Below are positions 49,408-61,822 of a stretch of 64,000 nt of DNA, piece after piece. Source of the DNA: Candidatus Poribacteria bacterium. Lineage in GTDB: Bacteria > Poribacteria > WGA-4E > PCPOR2b. Position 1 is the first letter of the stretch, and every line of letters begins with the position of its first letter. The position numbers and the translations under genes are program-made. Under the pieces are notes generated by a model. It was given only the letters and a program-made list of their open reading frames with translations, made no database searches and had not been told where the DNA came from. Where the stretch lies: contig OZ244587.1 in assembly GCA_965218095.1 (NCBI GenBank), forward strand, positions 1,376,001-1,440,000, written 5' to 3'.

Positions 49408-49974
49408 TTACACGCCAGTTTTACCTTCCTTCATACGGACGCGCTCATCTTCGTAACGGATGCCTTTAGAAGGTTCGTAGACTTCAGGTTTTTTGATCTG
49501 ACGAATTGAAGCGGCGACTTGCCCAACAAGTGCTTTGTCAATGCCACTAACGGTTATTGGGGTATGAGGTTGTCCACCCACAGTTTCAGAATTCCCAACA
49601 CTCAGTGTGATGCCATCGGGCGGCGGATAAGTTACAGGATGAGAATATCCGACATTTAAGACCAAACGACTCTGGGGATCTATTTGTGCGCGATATCCCA
49701 TTCCAACAAGGATGAGCTTTTTTTCAAAACCTTCAGTAACGCCCGTCACCATATTCGCAATAAGGCTTCGAGTCAGCCCATGTAGCGATCTATGTGACTT
49801 TTGATTGCTCAACCTTTCAATCGTGACCAATCCGCCAGCTAAGTTAACCTCTATCCCGCCGGGAATGGTCCAATTCAAACGGCCCTTGGGACCTTCAACA
49901 GTAATATCTCTTTCGTCCAGAACCACCTTAGCGTTTGAAGGCACCTTAATCGGCATCTGTCCTATTCGCGACAT
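49408..49974 (-). CDS. rplF: 50S ribosomal protein L6
   Basis: MSRIG, GPKG, KGIRY. Confidence 0.97.
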   Translation of the reverse strand: MSRIGQMPIKVPSNAKVVLDERDITVEGPKGRLNWTIPGGIEVNLAGGLVTIERLSNQKSHRSLHGLTRSLIANMVTGVTEGFEKKLILVGMGYRAQIDPQSRLVLNVGYSHPVTYPPPDGITLSVGNSETVGGQPHTPITVSGIDKALVGQVAASIRQIKKPEVYEPSKGIRYEDERVRMKEGKTGV

Positions 49975-50008
49975 TGTACTCGTCTCCGGAATTCAACAAA
50001 AGTTGAGA

Positions 50009-50407
50009 TTACCAAACATAACAGAGGACCTCACCGCCTATGTTGGCTTTTCGACATTCAGATGCCGTTTTCACACCTCGAGAGGTTGACAACAGAGCAA
50101 TTCCTAAATTGCCATACACGCGAGGTAACTGATCCGCTCTCACGTATACCCGCCGTCCCGGCTTGCTAATTCGCTTCAGTCCGGTAATAACCCGTTCTCT
50201 GTTTTCTCCATACTTCAAATAAATCCGCAAGATACCTTGTTTCCGATCATCAATCCAGCGATAGTTGCGGATATACCCCTCTTCATGTAAGGTACGAGTG
50301 AGCTCCATTTTTAATTTTGATGCGGGTATTTCAACACGCTCATGTCCAACCATATTCGCGTTGCGGATGCGGGTTAACATATCTGCAATCGGATCTGTCA
50401 TAGACAT
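50009..50407 (-). CDS. rpsH: 30S ribosomal protein S8
   Basis: [29 protein letters not shown]. Confidence 0.98.
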   Translation of the reverse strand: MSMTDPIADMLTRIRNANMVGHERVEIPASKLKMELTRTLHEEGYIRNYRWIDDRKQGILRIYLKYGENRERVITGLKRISKPGRRVYVRADQLPRVYGNLGIALLSTSRGVKTASECRKANIGGEVLCYVW

Positions 50408-50421
50408 GTAATTCTTCTCCT

Positions 50422-50607
50422 TTACCAACTTGCCTTTGTTACTCCGGGAATTTTCCCGCTTCTGGCGAATAGACGAAAACAAATCCGGCAAAGCTGAAAT
50501 TGACGCAGGTAACTGCGGGCACGTCCACAGTGGCGACAACGATTATATTTTCGTGTCCGAAATTTCGGAGTTCTCTTCTGTTTAGCAATGAGTGCTTTTG
50601 TTGCCAA
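50422..50607 (-). CDS. rpsN: 30S ribosomal protein S14 type Z
   Basis: 61 aa; CRHC..CRIC; PGVTKASW. Confidence 0.97.
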   Translation of the reverse strand: MATKALIAKQKRTPKFRTRKYNRCRHCGRARSYLRQFQLCRICFRLFARSGKIPGVTKASW

Positions 50608-50669
50608 CTTAATTTCTCCTTTCCTTCTACTAGTTAAGGAAAAAGCAGGAAAATCGGAGGTGAGTCGGT

Positions 50670-51209
50670 CTATTCTCTGAACGGCATTCCCATGAGACGT
50701 AATAACTCTCGCCCTTCCTCATCAGTTGGGGCCGTTGTTACGATAGTAACATTTAATCCCCGAACTTCGCTCATTGTATCGTAATCAATCTCCGGGAAAA
50801 TTACCTGTTCCTGCAGGCCTAAGGAATAATTACCACGGCCATCAAAAGCATCAGGGGAAAGACCACGAAAGTCACGAATCTGCGGAAGAACAGCATTGAC
50901 TAGTTTATTAAAAAATTCATACAGTTGGTCCTGCCGCAAAGTTGCTTTACAACCGATAGCCATACCGGCGCGAACCTTAAAGGCGGCCACAGATTTTTTG
51001 GCGCGAGTAATAACGGCACGTTGACCAGCTATTTGCGTCAGTTCGTCAACTGCATTATCCAAAAGTTTCGAATCTTGTGTTGCCGCACCGACTCCTATAT
51101 TCAGGGTTATCTTTTCAAGTTTTGGAACCTGCATGACATTCGGATAATTGAAACGTTGTCGCAATGCAGGGAATACCTCTTCTTGATAGAGAGTTTTAAA
51201 TGGGCTCAT
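50670..51209 (-). CDS. rplE: 50S ribosomal protein L5
   Basis: VPKLEKI, RDFRG, FDGRGNY, IFPEI. Confidence 0.98.
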   Translation of the reverse strand: MSPFKTLYQEEVFPALRQRFNYPNVMQVPKLEKITLNIGVGAATQDSKLLDNAVDELTQIAGQRAVITRAKKSVAAFKVRAGMAIGCKATLRQDQLYEFFNKLVNAVLPQIRDFRGLSPDAFDGRGNYSLGLQEQVIFPEIDYDTMSEVRGLNVTIVTTAPTDEEGRELLRLMGMPFRE

Positions 51210-51274
51210 TAATCCTTACCTAACCATATAGTAGAATTCTGTTGAAATCGGAGTCACGCCCAACCCATTCTCAA

Positions 51275-51634
51275 TTAATCGCGCTCGGCATCCTCACCAC
51301 ATTTCTTGCACACGCGCCCACGGTATTTCTTCGTTCGGGTCCCAACTTCCTTTTCAATGACTCGACGTCTTATTCGAGTAGGAGTGTTACATCTCGGGCA
51401 AATGAGCTTTAAGTTGGAAATGTGAATAGTCCCTTCCTTTTCGACAATGCCACCCTGCGGTATCTGAGGATTTGGACGTGCGTGCCTCTTAATCATGTTG
51501 ATTCCTTCAACAATTGCGCGATTTTTTCGCGGAAGGATTTCCAGAATGACTCCGCTTTTGCCCTTATCCTTTCCACTTAAGACTAACACGAGGTCGTTCT
51601 TTCTGACATGCAATTTTCTCTGCAACGGTGCCAC
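51275..51634 (-). CDS. rplX: 50S ribosomal protein L24
   Basis: SGKDKGK.G, VEG.N, IH.SN. Confidence 0.97.
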   Translation of the reverse strand: MAPLQRKLHVRKNDLVLVLSGKDKGKSGVILEILPRKNRAIVEGINMIKRHARPNPQIPQGGIVEKEGTIHISNLKLICPRCNTPTRIRRRVIEKEVGTRTKKYRGRVCKKCGEDAERD

Positions 51635-51646
51635 CTCCAGTTATGC

Positions 51647-52015
51647 CTAAATGACCTCAGGCGCCAGGGAGACGATTCGTGTAAATTCCTTTTCTCTGAG
51701 CTCACGAGCAACAGGACCAAAAATACGTGTTCCACGAGGCTGGTTTTGCAGATCGATTAAAACGGCAGCATTCTTATCGAATTTGATATAAGAACCATCA
51801 GGTCTGCGATATTCTTTGGTCGCACGCACCACGACAGCTCGTACGACGTCTCCCTTCTTAACCTGGCCATTTGGGCTGGCTTCTTTCACACTTGCTACAA
51901 TCACATCGCCGATTCGTGCGTAACGTCTCCGACTCCCACCAAGCACCCGAATACACATGAGTCGCTTTGCCCCTGTATTATCGGCGCAGGTCAATATGGT
52001 GTATGCTTGGACCAT
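51647..52015 (-). CDS. rplN: 50S ribosomal protein L14
   Basis: [24 protein letters not shown]. Confidence 0.98.
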   Translation of the reverse strand: MVQAYTILTCADNTGAKRLMCIRVLGGSRRRYARIGDVIVASVKEASPNGQVKKGDVVRAVVVRATKEYRRPDGSYIKFDKNAAVLIDLQNQPRGTRIFGPVARELREKEFTRIVSLAPEVI

Positions 52016-52054
52016 TACTGTATCCTTCCCGATTGCTTTCTAAAAATCTTCGCC

Positions 52055-52330
52055 TCACGGGGTGACAGGTTCAGCTTTAGAAATAATCTGACGAACTCTC
52101 CACCGTTTACGACAACTGAGTGGACGAGTTTCAACGACTTGAACAAGATCGCCAGCACGACACACATTCTGTTCATCGTGAGCAAGCACTTTGGTTGTAC
52201 TTCTCACGATTTTCTTATAAAATGGATGCTGATAAGCTCGGACAATTGCAACAGCAACTGTCTTGTCCATCCGATCACTTGTTACAATGCCTGTCCTGAG
52301 CTTGCGACTACCTCGCCTTTTCTTACTCAC
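52055..52330 (-). CDS. rpsQ: 30S ribosomal protein S17
   Basis: SDRMDKT, AHDE, ETRPLS. Confidence 0.97.
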   Translation of the reverse strand: MSKKRRGSRKLRTGIVTSDRMDKTVAVAIVRAYQHPFYKKIVRSTTKVLAHDEQNVCRAGDLVQVVETRPLSCRKRWRVRQIISKAEPVTP

Positions 52331-52384
52331 TTACTTCCTCTCTTAACAGAATCCTTGAGATTGAGCAGCATACCGTATCGAAAT

Positions 52385-52591
52385 CTATGGCGCCTTCTCA
52401 ATCCCAAGTTCACGTATGCGAAGAATTGTATGAATACGTGCGATATCCTTCTTAACTTTTTTAAACTGGGACGTATCTTCAAGCTGTCCAAGTATTCTTC
52501 GGAATTTAGTGTTAAATAGGGCTTCCTTGAGATCCCGAAGTTCGCTCGCTAATTCTTCAGATGATTTACTGCGTAATTCATTAGCAGTCAT
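52385..52591 (-). CDS. rpmC: 50S ribosomal protein L29
   Basis: ELR..LFN..F..GQL..KKDIARI.T; operon position. Confidence 0.95.
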   Translation of the reverse strand: MTANELRSKSSEELASELRDLKEALFNTKFRRILGQLEDTSQFKKVKKDIARIHTILRIRELGIEKAP

Positions 52592-52598
52592 CGCCCGA

Positions 52599-53012
52599 TT
52601 ATTCTCCTATTCGGCTAATAAATTTCGTTTGAATCGGCAATTTGTGGGCCGCTCTCTTCATCGCTTCCTTTGCTTCTTCCGGTGAAACACTGCTCAACTC
52701 GTACAGGACACGTCCCGGTTTGACGACAGCAACCCAAAACTCGGGAGATCCTTTCCCACTTCCCATTCTCGTTTCAGCGGGTTTTTTGGTTACCGGTTTA
52801 TGCGGAAAGATCTTAATCCAAACCTTGCCACCACGGCGCACATAGCGTGTTATCGCGATACGTGCAGCTTCAATTTGACGGCTCGTAATCCAACCGGGCT
52901 CCAGCGCTTTTAAACCATACTCACCGTAGTCTATTCGTGAACCCCGATAAGGTTTACCACGGCGTTTGCCCCGTTGCACTTTACGGTGCAAGACCCGTTT
53001 TGGCATCAACAT
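52599..53012 (-). CDS. rplP: 50S ribosomal protein L16
   Basis: [17 protein letters not shown]. Confidence 0.98.
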   Translation of the reverse strand: MLMPKRVLHRKVQRGKRRGKPYRGSRIDYGEYGLKALEPGWITSRQIEAARIAITRYVRRGGKVWIKIFPHKPVTKKPAETRMGSGKGSPEFWVAVVKPGRVLYELSSVSPEEAKEAMKRAAHKLPIQTKFISRIGE

Positions 53013-53054
53013 TTTGTGACCTCCTTATAACCCGTACTTGCTTTAAAGAAAATC

Positions 53055-53891
53055 TTACCTTCCTTGACCCTGGCGAGATCTGCGTCGTTTTGGTTTCCTA
53101 TCAGCGGGTAAAGTCGAGTCTCCTTCCCCCCTGCCGCCGAAACGTCCAGCAGGCGAACGGCGTGGTTGGCGTCTTTGAGAGGAGTCAGTTGGCACCTGCC
53201 TCGTGCGGCTAGAAGGAGCAGTGATTTCTGGAAGGGCGGGTGTACCAATAATCTCTCCCTTGAAAATCCATGTTTTGACGCCAATCTTACCGTAGGTCGT
53301 ATTGGCTTCAGTGAATCCATAATCGATGTTCGCCCTAAGCGTATGCAGAGGAACCCTACCTTCAATATTCGATTCCGAACGTGCCATTTCGGCACCACCA
53401 AGGCGACCACTGATAGTGATTTTAACCCCTTGGGCACCGGCTTTCATTGAAGCCGCAATACTTTTCTTCATTGCCCGTCTGAAATTTGACCGACGCCCAA
53501 TTTGCAGCGCGACAGCTTCAGCAACAAGTTGAGCATCTAATTCAGGACGCTTAATCTCACTCACATTGATCCGAATGGTCCGTTCGGTTCGCGGCGCTGA
53601 ATCTACCTGCAGGATGTGCTCTAAATCTGCTTGTAATTTTTCTGCTTCAACTCCACGTCGCCCAATGACAATACCGGGACGCGCTGTATGTATATGAATA
53701 TTACACCGATCTCCAACTCTTTCGATTTCAATCCGGGAAATACCAGCACGTGACAACCTTTCCTTAATAAAGGACTGGATCTTCAAATCTTCATGAAGCC
53801 ATTGGGCATACTCTTTTTCAGTGTACCATTTTGAGTCCCAGGTCTCAATGATCCCCAAGCGTAATCCACGCGGATGCGTTTTCTGTCCCAC
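53055..53891 (-). CDS. rpsC: 30S ribosomal protein S3
   Basis: [27 protein letters not shown]; GTG start. Confidence 0.98.
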   Translation of the reverse strand: MGQKTHPRGLRLGIIETWDSKWYTEKEYAQWLHEDLKIQSFIKERLSRAGISRIEIERVGDRCNIHIHTARPGIVIGRRGVEAEKLQADLEHILQVDSAPRTERTIRINVSEIKRPELDAQLVAEAVALQIGRRSNFRRAMKKSIAASMKAGAQGVKITISGRLGGAEMARSESNIEGRVPLHTLRANIDYGFTEANTTYGKIGVKTWIFKGEIIGTPALPEITAPSSRTRQVPTDSSQRRQPRRSPAGRFGGRGEGDSTLPADRKPKRRRSRQGQGR

Positions 53892-53986
53892 TAAAACCTC
53901 CTCATCAGAATTCAGCACGGCAAAGACTGCTGCTCAAGAGAGGTAAAAGGACATATATCAGTCTATGCAGCAGGTCTGCAGGATTT

Positions 53987-54361
53987 TCAGTGTCCATTTT
54001 CCTCCCTTTCCTCCCTTTCCTCACCCAGTACGACCGTAATATGACATCTTCGGCGCAAAATCCTGTTTACCATGCCTCGTGCCCTTGGCCGAAACCATTT
54101 CCGGGTAACCCCATCGTTGATGAAAATCTGTTTGACAAACAAATTAGTTTCATCAATGGCGGCGCCCTGCCGTTGTGCGTTTTCCCGTGCATTCGCCGCA
54201 GCAGATTGAATCAATTTGCGAATCACCGGAGAAGCCGCTTTATGCGTAAATGTTAATTGATTTAGAGCTTCTTCAACATATTGATGTCTAACCAAATCAG
54301 CAACCAGACGCGCTTTGCGCGGAGCAATAGGCACGTTACGGATGCTCGCTGTAGCTTCCAT
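53987..54361 (-). CDS. rplV: 50S ribosomal protein L22
   Basis: PRKARLV, SAAANA, RPRARG. Confidence 0.97.
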   Translation of the reverse strand: MEATASIRNVPIAPRKARLVADLVRHQYVEEALNQLTFTHKAASPVIRKLIQSAAANARENAQRQGAAIDETNLFVKQIFINDGVTRKWFRPRARGMVNRILRRRCHITVVLGEEREEREENGH

Positions 54362-54537
54362 GATAAGAATCTCCTGAATCAGCAGAGCATTTTTAATCTT
54401 ATTAGGAGTCACGTACTTCATATTAAGCAAATTTCTCTGCACCTGCACCCCCGATAGATCAGGATGCAAGCACCTGCGCTTATTCCGAGAATCGGCATGA
54501 GTCATGGAATGATTGGGACCAACTGCGTAACTCCTGT

Positions 54538-54801
54538 TTATCTTCCACTAGTATGTGATCTAAATGTTCGAGTAGGAGCAAATTCTCCAAGTTTATGCCC
54601 TACCATGTTTTCTGTCATATATACAGGGAAGAATTTCTTCCCATTATGAATAGCAAGGGTATGACCAATCAGGTCCGGAGTCACTGTAGATCTACGCGAC
54701 CAGGTACGAATCACACGCTTCGTCCCAGATCGATTCATCACTTCGATTTTTTTCAGAAGTTTCGGATCTATGTAAGGCCCTTTCTTTACAGAGCGCGGCA
54801 T
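54538..54801 (-). CDS. rpsS: 30S ribosomal protein S19
   Basis: [24 protein letters not shown]. Confidence 0.98.
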   Translation of the reverse strand: MPRSVKKGPYIDPKLLKKIEVMNRSGTKRVIRTWSRRSTVTPDLIGHTLAIHNGKKFFPVYMTENMVGHKLGEFAPTRTFRSHTSGR

Positions 54802-54860
54802 AAAGCACCTCCTGCGGATGATGAGAAAAAATACCTGGACGCTACGTCAATGAAGCCAAA

Positions 54861-55685
54861 TTACTTCCGACGGCTGACAATATACTGGCTTGATCTCTTT
54901 TTCGGATTTCTTGTTTTGTATCCTTTGGTTGGAACTCCCCAGGGGGTCACAGGATGTCTCCCGCCGGCGCTTTTCCCTTCACCACCGCCGTGCGGGTGAT
55001 CATGCGGATTCATCGCCACGCCGCGAACCTTGGGACGACGGCCCTTCCATCGGGACCGCCCTGCTTTACCAATAGATATATTTGCATGGTCAACACTACC
55101 CACTTGTCCAATTGTCGCCATGCACTTCACTGGAAGCAAACGAACTTCACCGGAAGGCATTTGAATTCGCGCGTTTTTTCCTTCGCGATCAACTAATTGG
55201 GCGACAGCGCCTGCGCTTCGTACCAGTTGTCCCCCTTTATCCGGCTGCATTTCTATGTTATGTATCGAGGTTCCTAAGGGAATCTTTTCAAGAGGCAAAG
55301 CGTTGCCAACCTTGATAGCCGCATCCGGGCCAGAATTTAATACATCACCAACCTGTAACCCCAGAGGTGCAATGATATAGCGCTTCTCGCCATCGGCGTA
55401 ATGAAGGAGCGCAATACAGGCAGATCGACTGGGGTCATACTCAATCGAGGCAACCTTAGCAGGGATGCCAAATTTATCGCGTTTAAATTCAATGCTTCGG
55501 TATCGCCGTTTATGCCCGCCTCCACGCCTCCGAACAGTCATACGTCCTAACGCATTACGTCCAGCCTTTTTCTTTAATCCCTTCACCAGGGATTTTTCGG
55601 GCTTTCGACGCGTCGTCTCCTCAAAAGCGTGTCCTGTCATAAATCGGCGACTTGGTGTTACCGGTGAATATGTTTTAACTGCCAC
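54861..55685 (-). CDS. rplB: 50S ribosomal protein L2
   Basis: [23 protein letters not shown]. Confidence 0.98.
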   Translation of the reverse strand: MAVKTYSPVTPSRRFMTGHAFEETTRRKPEKSLVKGLKKKAGRNALGRMTVRRRGGGHKRRYRSIEFKRDKFGIPAKVASIEYDPSRSACIALLHYADGEKRYIIAPLGLQVGDVLNSGPDAAIKVGNALPLEKIPLGTSIHNIEMQPDKGGQLVRSAGAVAQLVDREGKNARIQMPSGEVRLLPVKCMATIGQVGSVDHANISIGKAGRSRWKGRRPKVRGVAMNPHDHPHGGGEGKSAGGRHPVTPWGVPTKGYKTRNPKKRSSQYIVSRRK

Positions 55686-55722
55686 GCTGAACGCCTCCTA
55701 ATCAGTCTTGAAAAATGCACCA

Positions 55723-56022
55723 CTAAATACTCTCAAAAACCTGGATAGTTGTTCCTTCAGCAACGGTAATAATTGCTTTTTTCCTGTTCGGTCGCCTACC
55801 GCGTCGATGCCGCCAGAATTGTCCTTTAGACTTCCCTCGAACTTGCATGGTATTAATCTCAAGAATCTTACCCTTGAGCTCGAAGAGTTCTTCAGCCGCT
55901 TTACGAATCTCCGGTTTACTGGCTTTCACATCAACGACAAAAGAATACTTGTTCGACTCTCGAAGGATTGTGCTCTTTTCTGTAATTAATGGTTGCCTGA
56001 TAATCTGATATGGATCTGTCAT
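55723..56022 (-). CDS. rplW: 50S ribosomal protein L23
   Basis: PLITEK, KKAIIT. Confidence 0.96.
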   Translation of the reverse strand: MTDPYQIIRQPLITEKSTILRESNKYSFVVDVKASKPEIRKAAEELFELKGKILEINTMQVRGKSKGQFWRHRRGRRPNRKKAIITVAEGTTIQVFESI

Positions 56023-56679
56023 CTACAATTCCTCAATCAATGAACCGTTTGTTGGCTGAACAAATTTGTCTTCGAGTTTCTCAGCCGCACTTTCGGTAAG
56101 AACAATCTTATCATGCCAGAGAACATCATAAATATTAAGGGTATTCCAAACACAAATGTTTACGCGGGGGATATTCCTCACAGATAAATAGACGTTCGAT
56201 TCAGGCTGACCGAGGACGAAAAGGACTTTACCCACAAGTCCTAAACCATCCAAAACCTGGGCCATGTCCTTTGTTTTTGGACAATCTAAGGAAAAGTCCT
56301 CAATCAAAATACAATCACCACTTTGAAATTTACCTGCTAAAGCCGAGTGTAACCCGAACCGGCGTACTTTCCTGGGGGTATATTGGCGAAAACTACGCGG
56401 TTTCGGACCAAATGTCACACCACCATGTACACGGATGGGCGATCGATTATCCCCCATTCGGGCGCGGCCTGTTCCTTTTTGACGATGTATTTTTTTTCCA
56501 CTTCCTCGGACTTCTGCGCGTGTTTTGGTAGAAGCGGTTCCTCGACGTTGATTCGCAAGATATGCAACAACACACTGATGTATAACCGCTTCATTAACGG
56601 TTGCATTGATGAACACATCAGATAACTCTCTTTGCCGCAGGATATCTCCTGAACGGTTGTATACATCTAAAGCTGCCAT
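56023..56679 (-). CDS. rplD: 50S ribosomal protein L4
   Basis: RQKGTGRAR, GGVTFGPKPR. Confidence 0.97.
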   Translation of the reverse strand: MAALDVYNRSGDILRQRELSDVFINATVNEAVIHQCVVAYLANQRRGTASTKTRAEVRGSGKKIHRQKGTGRARMGDNRSPIRVHGGVTFGPKPRSFRQYTPRKVRRFGLHSALAGKFQSGDCILIEDFSLDCPKTKDMAQVLDGLGLVGKVLFVLGQPESNVYLSVRNIPRVNICVWNTLNIYDVLWHDKIVLTESAAEKLEDKFVQPTNGSLIEEL

Positions 56680-56700
56680 ATTCGATAATCCTGTATCTAT

Positions 56701-57339
56701 TTATCTTCCACCCTTCACTGCCTTCTTGATTACAAGGAAACCATTGCGGGGACCCGGAACAGCGCCTTTAATGACTAACAGATTCCTTTCCGCATCCGCC
56801 TGGACAACCTGCAGGTTCTGGGTAGTTACCTGCTTACCTCCATGTCGTCCAGGCATTTTCTTGCCTTTGAAAACCCGCGAGGGCGAAGCACTATGTCCAA
56901 TAGAACCCGGTCGTCGATGATTTTTCTCGCTGCCATGGCTCTTCTTCATACCAGAGAAGCCCCACCGCTTAACCACACCGGTAAATCCGCGCCCTTTGGA
57001 GACGCCCGTTACATCGACAAAATCTCCTGGAGAAAAAATGTCTGCGTTGATGGTTGCGCCGATGGATAAACCTTCGGTGCCATTGACGCACAACTCTCTC
57101 AAAAACCGATGGGGGTTGACGGCGGCTTTTTTGAAATGTCCACTTTCAGGGCGATTGACCTTGTTCTCGCTTCGATTGCCGAAGCCCAACTGGATCGCAT
57201 TATACCCTTCCCGATCCTCGGTTTTTATCTGTACAATCGGACAGGGTCCCGCTTCGACAACCGTGACCGGAATCGCGGCGCCGGAATCGTCGAAGATTTG
57301 TGTCATGCCAATCTTCTTTCCTAATATGCCATCATTCAT
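56701..57339 (-). CDS. rplC: 50S ribosomal protein L3
   Basis: GKKIGMTQ, SKGRGF, KGAVPG. Confidence 0.98.
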   Translation of the reverse strand: MNDGILGKKIGMTQIFDDSGAAIPVTVVEAGPCPIVQIKTEDREGYNAIQLGFGNRSENKVNRPESGHFKKAAVNPHRFLRELCVNGTEGLSIGATINADIFSPGDFVDVTGVSKGRGFTGVVKRWGFSGMKKSHGSEKNHRRPGSIGHSASPSRVFKGKKMPGRHGGKQVTTQNLQVVQADAERNLLVIKGAVPGPRNGFLVIKKAVKGGR

Positions 57340-57399
57340 TTGTCACATCTCCGAAACAACGGCGTTTCGTTCCAATGGAATCGTAGAAACAGCGCGTAT

Positions 57400-57714
57400 C
57401 TACAACAGCGTAATTTTTACGTCAACACCGGCAGGCAAATCTAAGCGCATTAGCGCATCGACTGTCTTCGGGGTTGTCTGTAAAATGTCTAACAGCCGCT
57501 TGTGAATTCGCATTTCAAACTGCTCACGGGATTTTTTATCTTTGAATGTTGACCGCTGTACGGTATAAATATGTTTCGTCGTCGGGAGCGGGATGGGACC
57601 TGATACTAACGCTCCTGTCCGCTTTGCGGTATCCGCAATTTGACTTGCAGATTGATCTAGCAAACGGTGATCAAACGCTTTCAAACGAATCCTGATTCTC
57701 TGATTGTCCATCAA
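57400..57714 (-). CDS. rpsJ: 30S ribosomal protein S10
   Basis: [22 protein letters not shown]. Confidence 0.98.
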   Translation of the reverse strand: MMDNQRIRIRLKAFDHRLLDQSASQIADTAKRTGALVSGPIPLPTTKHIYTVQRSTFKDKKSREQFEMRIHKRLLDILQTTPKTVDALMRLDLPAGVDVKITLL

Positions 57715-57838
57715 CATCTCCAATTACGCCACGTATCGCGCTTGAAAGCCCCAAATTTTAATTTTTTTGCGTCCTAGGAACCCGGAAAAGGAAGCCAAAA
57801 AACCGATTTTCATGTTTAACATTTAATGATATGCAGCA

Positions 57839-59038
57839 TCACTCAACAACTTTTGAAACGACGCCTGCTCCAACAGTGTGTCCACCTTCACGAATTGCGA
57901 ACCTGAGTTCCTCTTCCAAAGCAATCGGCTTGGTAAGCTCAACAGTAATATGGATATTATCTCCAGGCATGATCATCTCAACGCCTTCAGGCAGATTCAT
58001 GACGCCAGTCACATCTGTTGTACGGAAGTAGAACTGAGGACGATAGCCACTGAAAAATGGCGTCCAGCGACCACCTTCCTCTTTGGTCAGAATGTAGGTT
58101 TCAGCTTCAAAGCTTGTGTGCGGCGTAATACTACCAGGGGCCGCTAGCACTTGACCACGCTGAACATCTTGACGTTCAATACCACGCAGCAGCACGCCAA
58201 CGTTGTCGCCTGCACGCCCTTCGTCAAGGAGTTTACGGAACATCTCGACGCCGGTCGCAACAGTGCTGCGAGTGTCAGCAAGCCCAACGATCTCAACCGT
58301 ATCGCCAACATGCACGATTCCGCGTTCGATACGACCTGTCACAACAGTACCCCGCCCGGTGATTGAAAAGATATCTTCCACAGGCATAAGGTAGGGTCTA
58401 TCAACGTCCCGTATTGGCTCAGGAATATGATCGTCGCATGTCTGCATGAGCTCTAGAATCGAAGCACATTCAGGAGCATTCGGATCGCCACCACCTTCCA
58501 TGGCCTGGAGGGCGGAACCGCTAATAACCGGGATATCATCGCCTGGGAACTCGTATTCTGTCAGGAGTTCTCGGACTTCGAGTTCTACCAACTCCAGAAG
58601 CTCCGGGTCGTCAACCATGTCCGCTTTATTCAGATAAACAACGATACTCGGCACGTTAACCTGCCGCGCGAGAAGGACATGCTCACGGGTTTGGGGCATG
58701 GGACCATCAGCCGCAGAAACAACCAAGATTGCCCCATCCATCTGCGCCGCACCGGTAATCATGTTTTTGATATAGTCAGCATGCCCGGGGCAGTCAACGT
58801 GAGCATAGTGCCGATTCTCAGTTTCGTACTCAACATGCGCCGTGTTAATCGTAATACCGCGCTCCTTTTCTTCAGGAGCGGCGTCGATCTCATCGTAAGT
58901 TCTTATGTAGTCTTGGTTACCCAATTTTGACAACACCATAGTAATCGCGGCAGTTAACGTGGTCTTACCGTGATCGACGTGTCCAATTGTGCCAACATTG
59001 ACATGGGGCTTCGTCCGTTCAAATTTTGGTTTTGCCAT
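57839..59038 (-). CDS. tuf: Elongation factor Tu
   Basis: [31 protein letters not shown]. Confidence 0.99.
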   Translation of the reverse strand: MAKPKFERTKPHVNVGTIGHVDHGKTTLTAAITMVLSKLGNQDYIRTYDEIDAAPEEKERGITINTAHVEYETENRHYAHVDCPGHADYIKNMITGAAQMDGAILVVSAADGPMPQTREHVLLARQVNVPSIVVYLNKADMVDDPELLELVELEVRELLTEYEFPGDDIPVISGSALQAMEGGGDPNAPECASILELMQTCDDHIPEPIRDVDRPYLMPVEDIFSITGRGTVVTGRIERGIVHVGDTVEIVGLADTRSTVATGVEMFRKLLDEGRAGDNVGVLLRGIERQDVQRGQVLAAPGSITPHTSFEAETYILTKEEGGRWTPFFSGYRPQFYFRTTDVTGVMNLPEGVEMIMPGDNIHITVELTKPIALEEELRFAIREGGHTVGAGVVSKVVE

Positions 59039-59145
59039 GTATAGATCTCCTCACATTCTATAGTAATTTAATACAGCCATCATCTGCTCACCCATCAGTT
59101 TTACTGCTGAAGATTTGCAGCAAACGACATCAGCAGTGAGAGCAG

Positions 59146-61287
59146 CTAAGCAGAAAGTCCTTTTGATGAGATAATTTCCTGAGCAATGCTCTGTGGAACA
59201 TCACTGTAGTGTGCAAACTCCATCGAATAAGTCGCCCGCCCCTGCGTTAAAGACCGGAGGATTTTAACATAGCCAAACATTTCAGCCAGTGGAACATAGG
59301 CGCTAATCACTTGTATCCCAGACTTTGACTGCATATCCGTCTGGAGAATCCGTGCGCGACGTGCATTTAGATCACCCATCACCTTTCCTAAATACGCCTC
59401 AGGGACAATGACTTCGATTTCCATGATTGGTTCAAGCAGGTTTGAACCTGCTTTCTTCATCGCTTCTTTGAACGCAATCGAGGCAGCGATTGAAAACGCC
59501 ATTTCTGAAGAATCAACGGGATGATAGGAACCGTCGTACAATCTGACGCCGACATCAACAACGGGATACCCACTTAAAACCCCAACATTCATTGCATCTT
59601 CGATACCTTTACGGATAGCGCGTATATATTCCTGGGGGATGGCGCCGCCCTTGATCTCATCGACGAACTCAAAACCGCATCCCTGTTCTAAAGGGTAAAC
59701 TTCAATCTGCACATGTCCGTACTGACCGCGCCCACCGGATTGCTTGACAAAGCGTCCTTCAACTTTCGCCGACCGACGGACCGTTTCACGATACGCTACC
59801 TGGGGCTTCCCAATATCCGCAGACACCTTAAATTCTCGAATCAATCGGTCAACAATAACCTCCAGATGTAACTCTCCCATACCGGAGAGAAGGGTTTGCC
59901 CTGTTTCTTTGTCTTGATGAACCTTAAAAGTTGGATCTTCTTCAGCCAACTTTGATAACGCCAAGTTCATCTTCTCTATATCCGACTTTGTCTGGGGTTC
60001 AATTGCAATAGACATCACCGGAGATGGAAACACCATCGACTCCAAAGCGATTGGGGCATTTGGATGGCAAATTGTGTCGCCGGTCGTGACGGATTTGAGA
60101 CCAATGACTGTGGCAATATCACCCGCATACACAGCTTGACGCTCCTCACGCTTATTTGCGTGCATCTGCATCAGCCTCCCAATCTTTTCAAATCCGTGAC
60201 GTGTACTATTGTACACAGTATCCCCTTTGACTAAAACGCCAGAGTAAACACGGAGAAATGTAAGCTTTCCAATGTGCGCATCCGTCGTGATTTTGAAGGC
60301 TAATGCGGAAAAAGGTGCGTCGTCGCTTGCTAAACGCTTGTCTTCTTCTTGGGTATTTGGGTTCAAACCGATCACCGGCGGCACGTCTATCGGGGCAGGC
60401 AAATAATCAACAATCGCATCTAACAGAGGTTGGACACCCTTATTCTTGATTGCCGCGCCACACAAGACAGGAATTATCTTCCCATTTAACGTTGCGCCTC
60501 TCAAGCCGGCTTTGATTTCTTCGTCTGATAACTCAATCCCATCAATATATTTAATCAAGAGCTCACCATCATATTCAGCAATTGCTTCCAACATCTGTTC
60601 ACGATATTCCAGCACGCTTTCCATTACTTCTTCTGGAATATCTATTTCGTGCATAATAGATCCGAAACTTGTTTCGTCCCATCCAAGTCCTTGTAACGAA
60701 ATCAGATCCACAATGCCGCTGAATCTCTCCGATGAGCCAATCGGTAATTGGATTGGTATTACCCGGACGCCGAGCCGCTCAATCATCATTTCGAGCGTCC
60801 GGAAAAAGTCTGCACCGGTTCGATCCATTTTATTGACGAAGGCAATACGTGGCACCTGATATTTATCCGCTTGTCGCCATACAGTTTCGGACTGGGGTTC
60901 AACACCACCAACTGCACAGAATACAGCAACTGCCCCATCAAGAATTCGTAGCGATCGCTCAACTTCAACCGTAAAATCGATATGTCCAGGGGTATCAATA
61001 ATATTGATACAATGCCCATTCCATTGGCATGTCGTTGCAGCAGCGGTGATGGTAATGCCACGCTCTTGCTCCTGGACCATCCAATCCATTGTCGTAGTCC
61101 CATCGTCGACGTCACCCATGCGATGTACCCGCCCTGTATAGTATAATATGCGCTCGGTTACAGTTGTTTTCCCGGCATCAATGTGTGCCATGATGCCAAT
61201 ATTCCGCGTATGGGTCGAAGGAAATCGGCGTTGATCTATAGTCCGCCGGTTTTCAGATGTGATTTGATGCTGCTTTGCAAGTCTCAT
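59146..61287 (-). CDS. fusA: Elongation factor G
   Basis: [32 protein letters not shown]; start uncertain. Confidence 0.98.
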   Translation of the reverse strand: MRLAKQHQITSENRRTIDQRRFPSTHTRNIGIMAHIDAGKTTVTERILYYTGRVHRMGDVDDGTTTMDWMVQEQERGITITAAATTCQWNGHCINIIDTPGHIDFTVEVERSLRILDGAVAVFCAVGGVEPQSETVWRQADKYQVPRIAFVNKMDRTGADFFRTLEMMIERLGVRVIPIQLPIGSSERFSGIVDLISLQGLGWDETSFGSIMHEIDIPEEVMESVLEYREQMLEAIAEYDGELLIKYIDGIELSDEEIKAGLRGATLNGKIIPVLCGAAIKNKGVQPLLDAIVDYLPAPIDVPPVIGLNPNTQEEDKRLASDDAPFSALAFKITTDAHIGKLTFLRVYSGVLVKGDTVYNSTRHGFEKIGRLMQMHANKREERQAVYAGDIATVIGLKSVTTGDTICHPNAPIALESMVFPSPVMSIAIEPQTKSDIEKMNLALSKLAEEDPTFKVHQDKETGQTLLSGMGELHLEVIVDRLIREFKVSADIGKPQVAYRETVRRSAKVEGRFVKQSGGRGQYGHVQIEVYPLEQGCGFEFVDEIKGGAIPQEYIRAIRKGIEDAMNVGVLSGYPVVDVGVRLYDGSYHPVDSSEMAFSIAASIAFKEAMKKAGSNLLEPIMEIEVIVPEAYLGKVMGDLNARRARILQTDMQSKSGIQVISAYVPLAEMFGYVKILRSLTQGRATYSMEFAHYSDVPQSIAQEIISSKGLSA

Positions 61288-61334
61288 TTTCTAAATCACC
61301 CACGACATGATAAGGACATTGAGTGCATTCTTCG

Positions 61335-61808
61335 CTACCAACGGTAATGGGCAAATGCTCTGTTTGCCTCTGCCATGCGATGTTGATCGAGTTTTTTACG
61401 AATTGAAGCTCCTTCATTCCTCGAAGCATCGAGCAACTCTCCCGCCAACCGCTCTGATATGGTTTTCTCACCACGATCTCTTGCAGATTGGATAATCCAA
61501 CGGAGTGCCAGCGTTGTGCGACGCTCCGCCTTGACATCAACTGGAACCTGGTAAGTTGTACCTCCAACACGCCGAGATCGAATTTCAAGGACCGGTTTAA
61601 CGTTGTTAATCGCCTGACGGAAAACTGTAAGCCCCTCCTCCTGGTTACTGCGCTTCTCAACAATGTCTATACTATCATATAGAATTTTCCGGGCAACGCT
61701 TTTCTTCCCACAAACCATCAAGAAGTTTATAAACTTCGCAACAAGCGTACTGCCATATTTGGGATCTGAGAGGATTTCCCGTTTAACAATCTCTGCGCGT
61801 CGTGGCAT
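61335..61808 (-). CDS. rpsG: 30S ribosomal protein S7
   Basis: [22 protein letters not shown]. Confidence 0.98.
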   Translation of the reverse strand: MPRRAEIVKREILSDPKYGSTLVAKFINFLMVCGKKSVARKILYDSIDIVEKRSNQEEGLTVFRQAINNVKPVLEIRSRRVGGTTYQVPVDVKAERRTTLALRWIIQSARDRGEKTISERLAGELLDASRNEGASIRKKLDQHRMAEANRAFAHYRW

Positions 61809-61822
61809 CTCTTACTCCTCCT

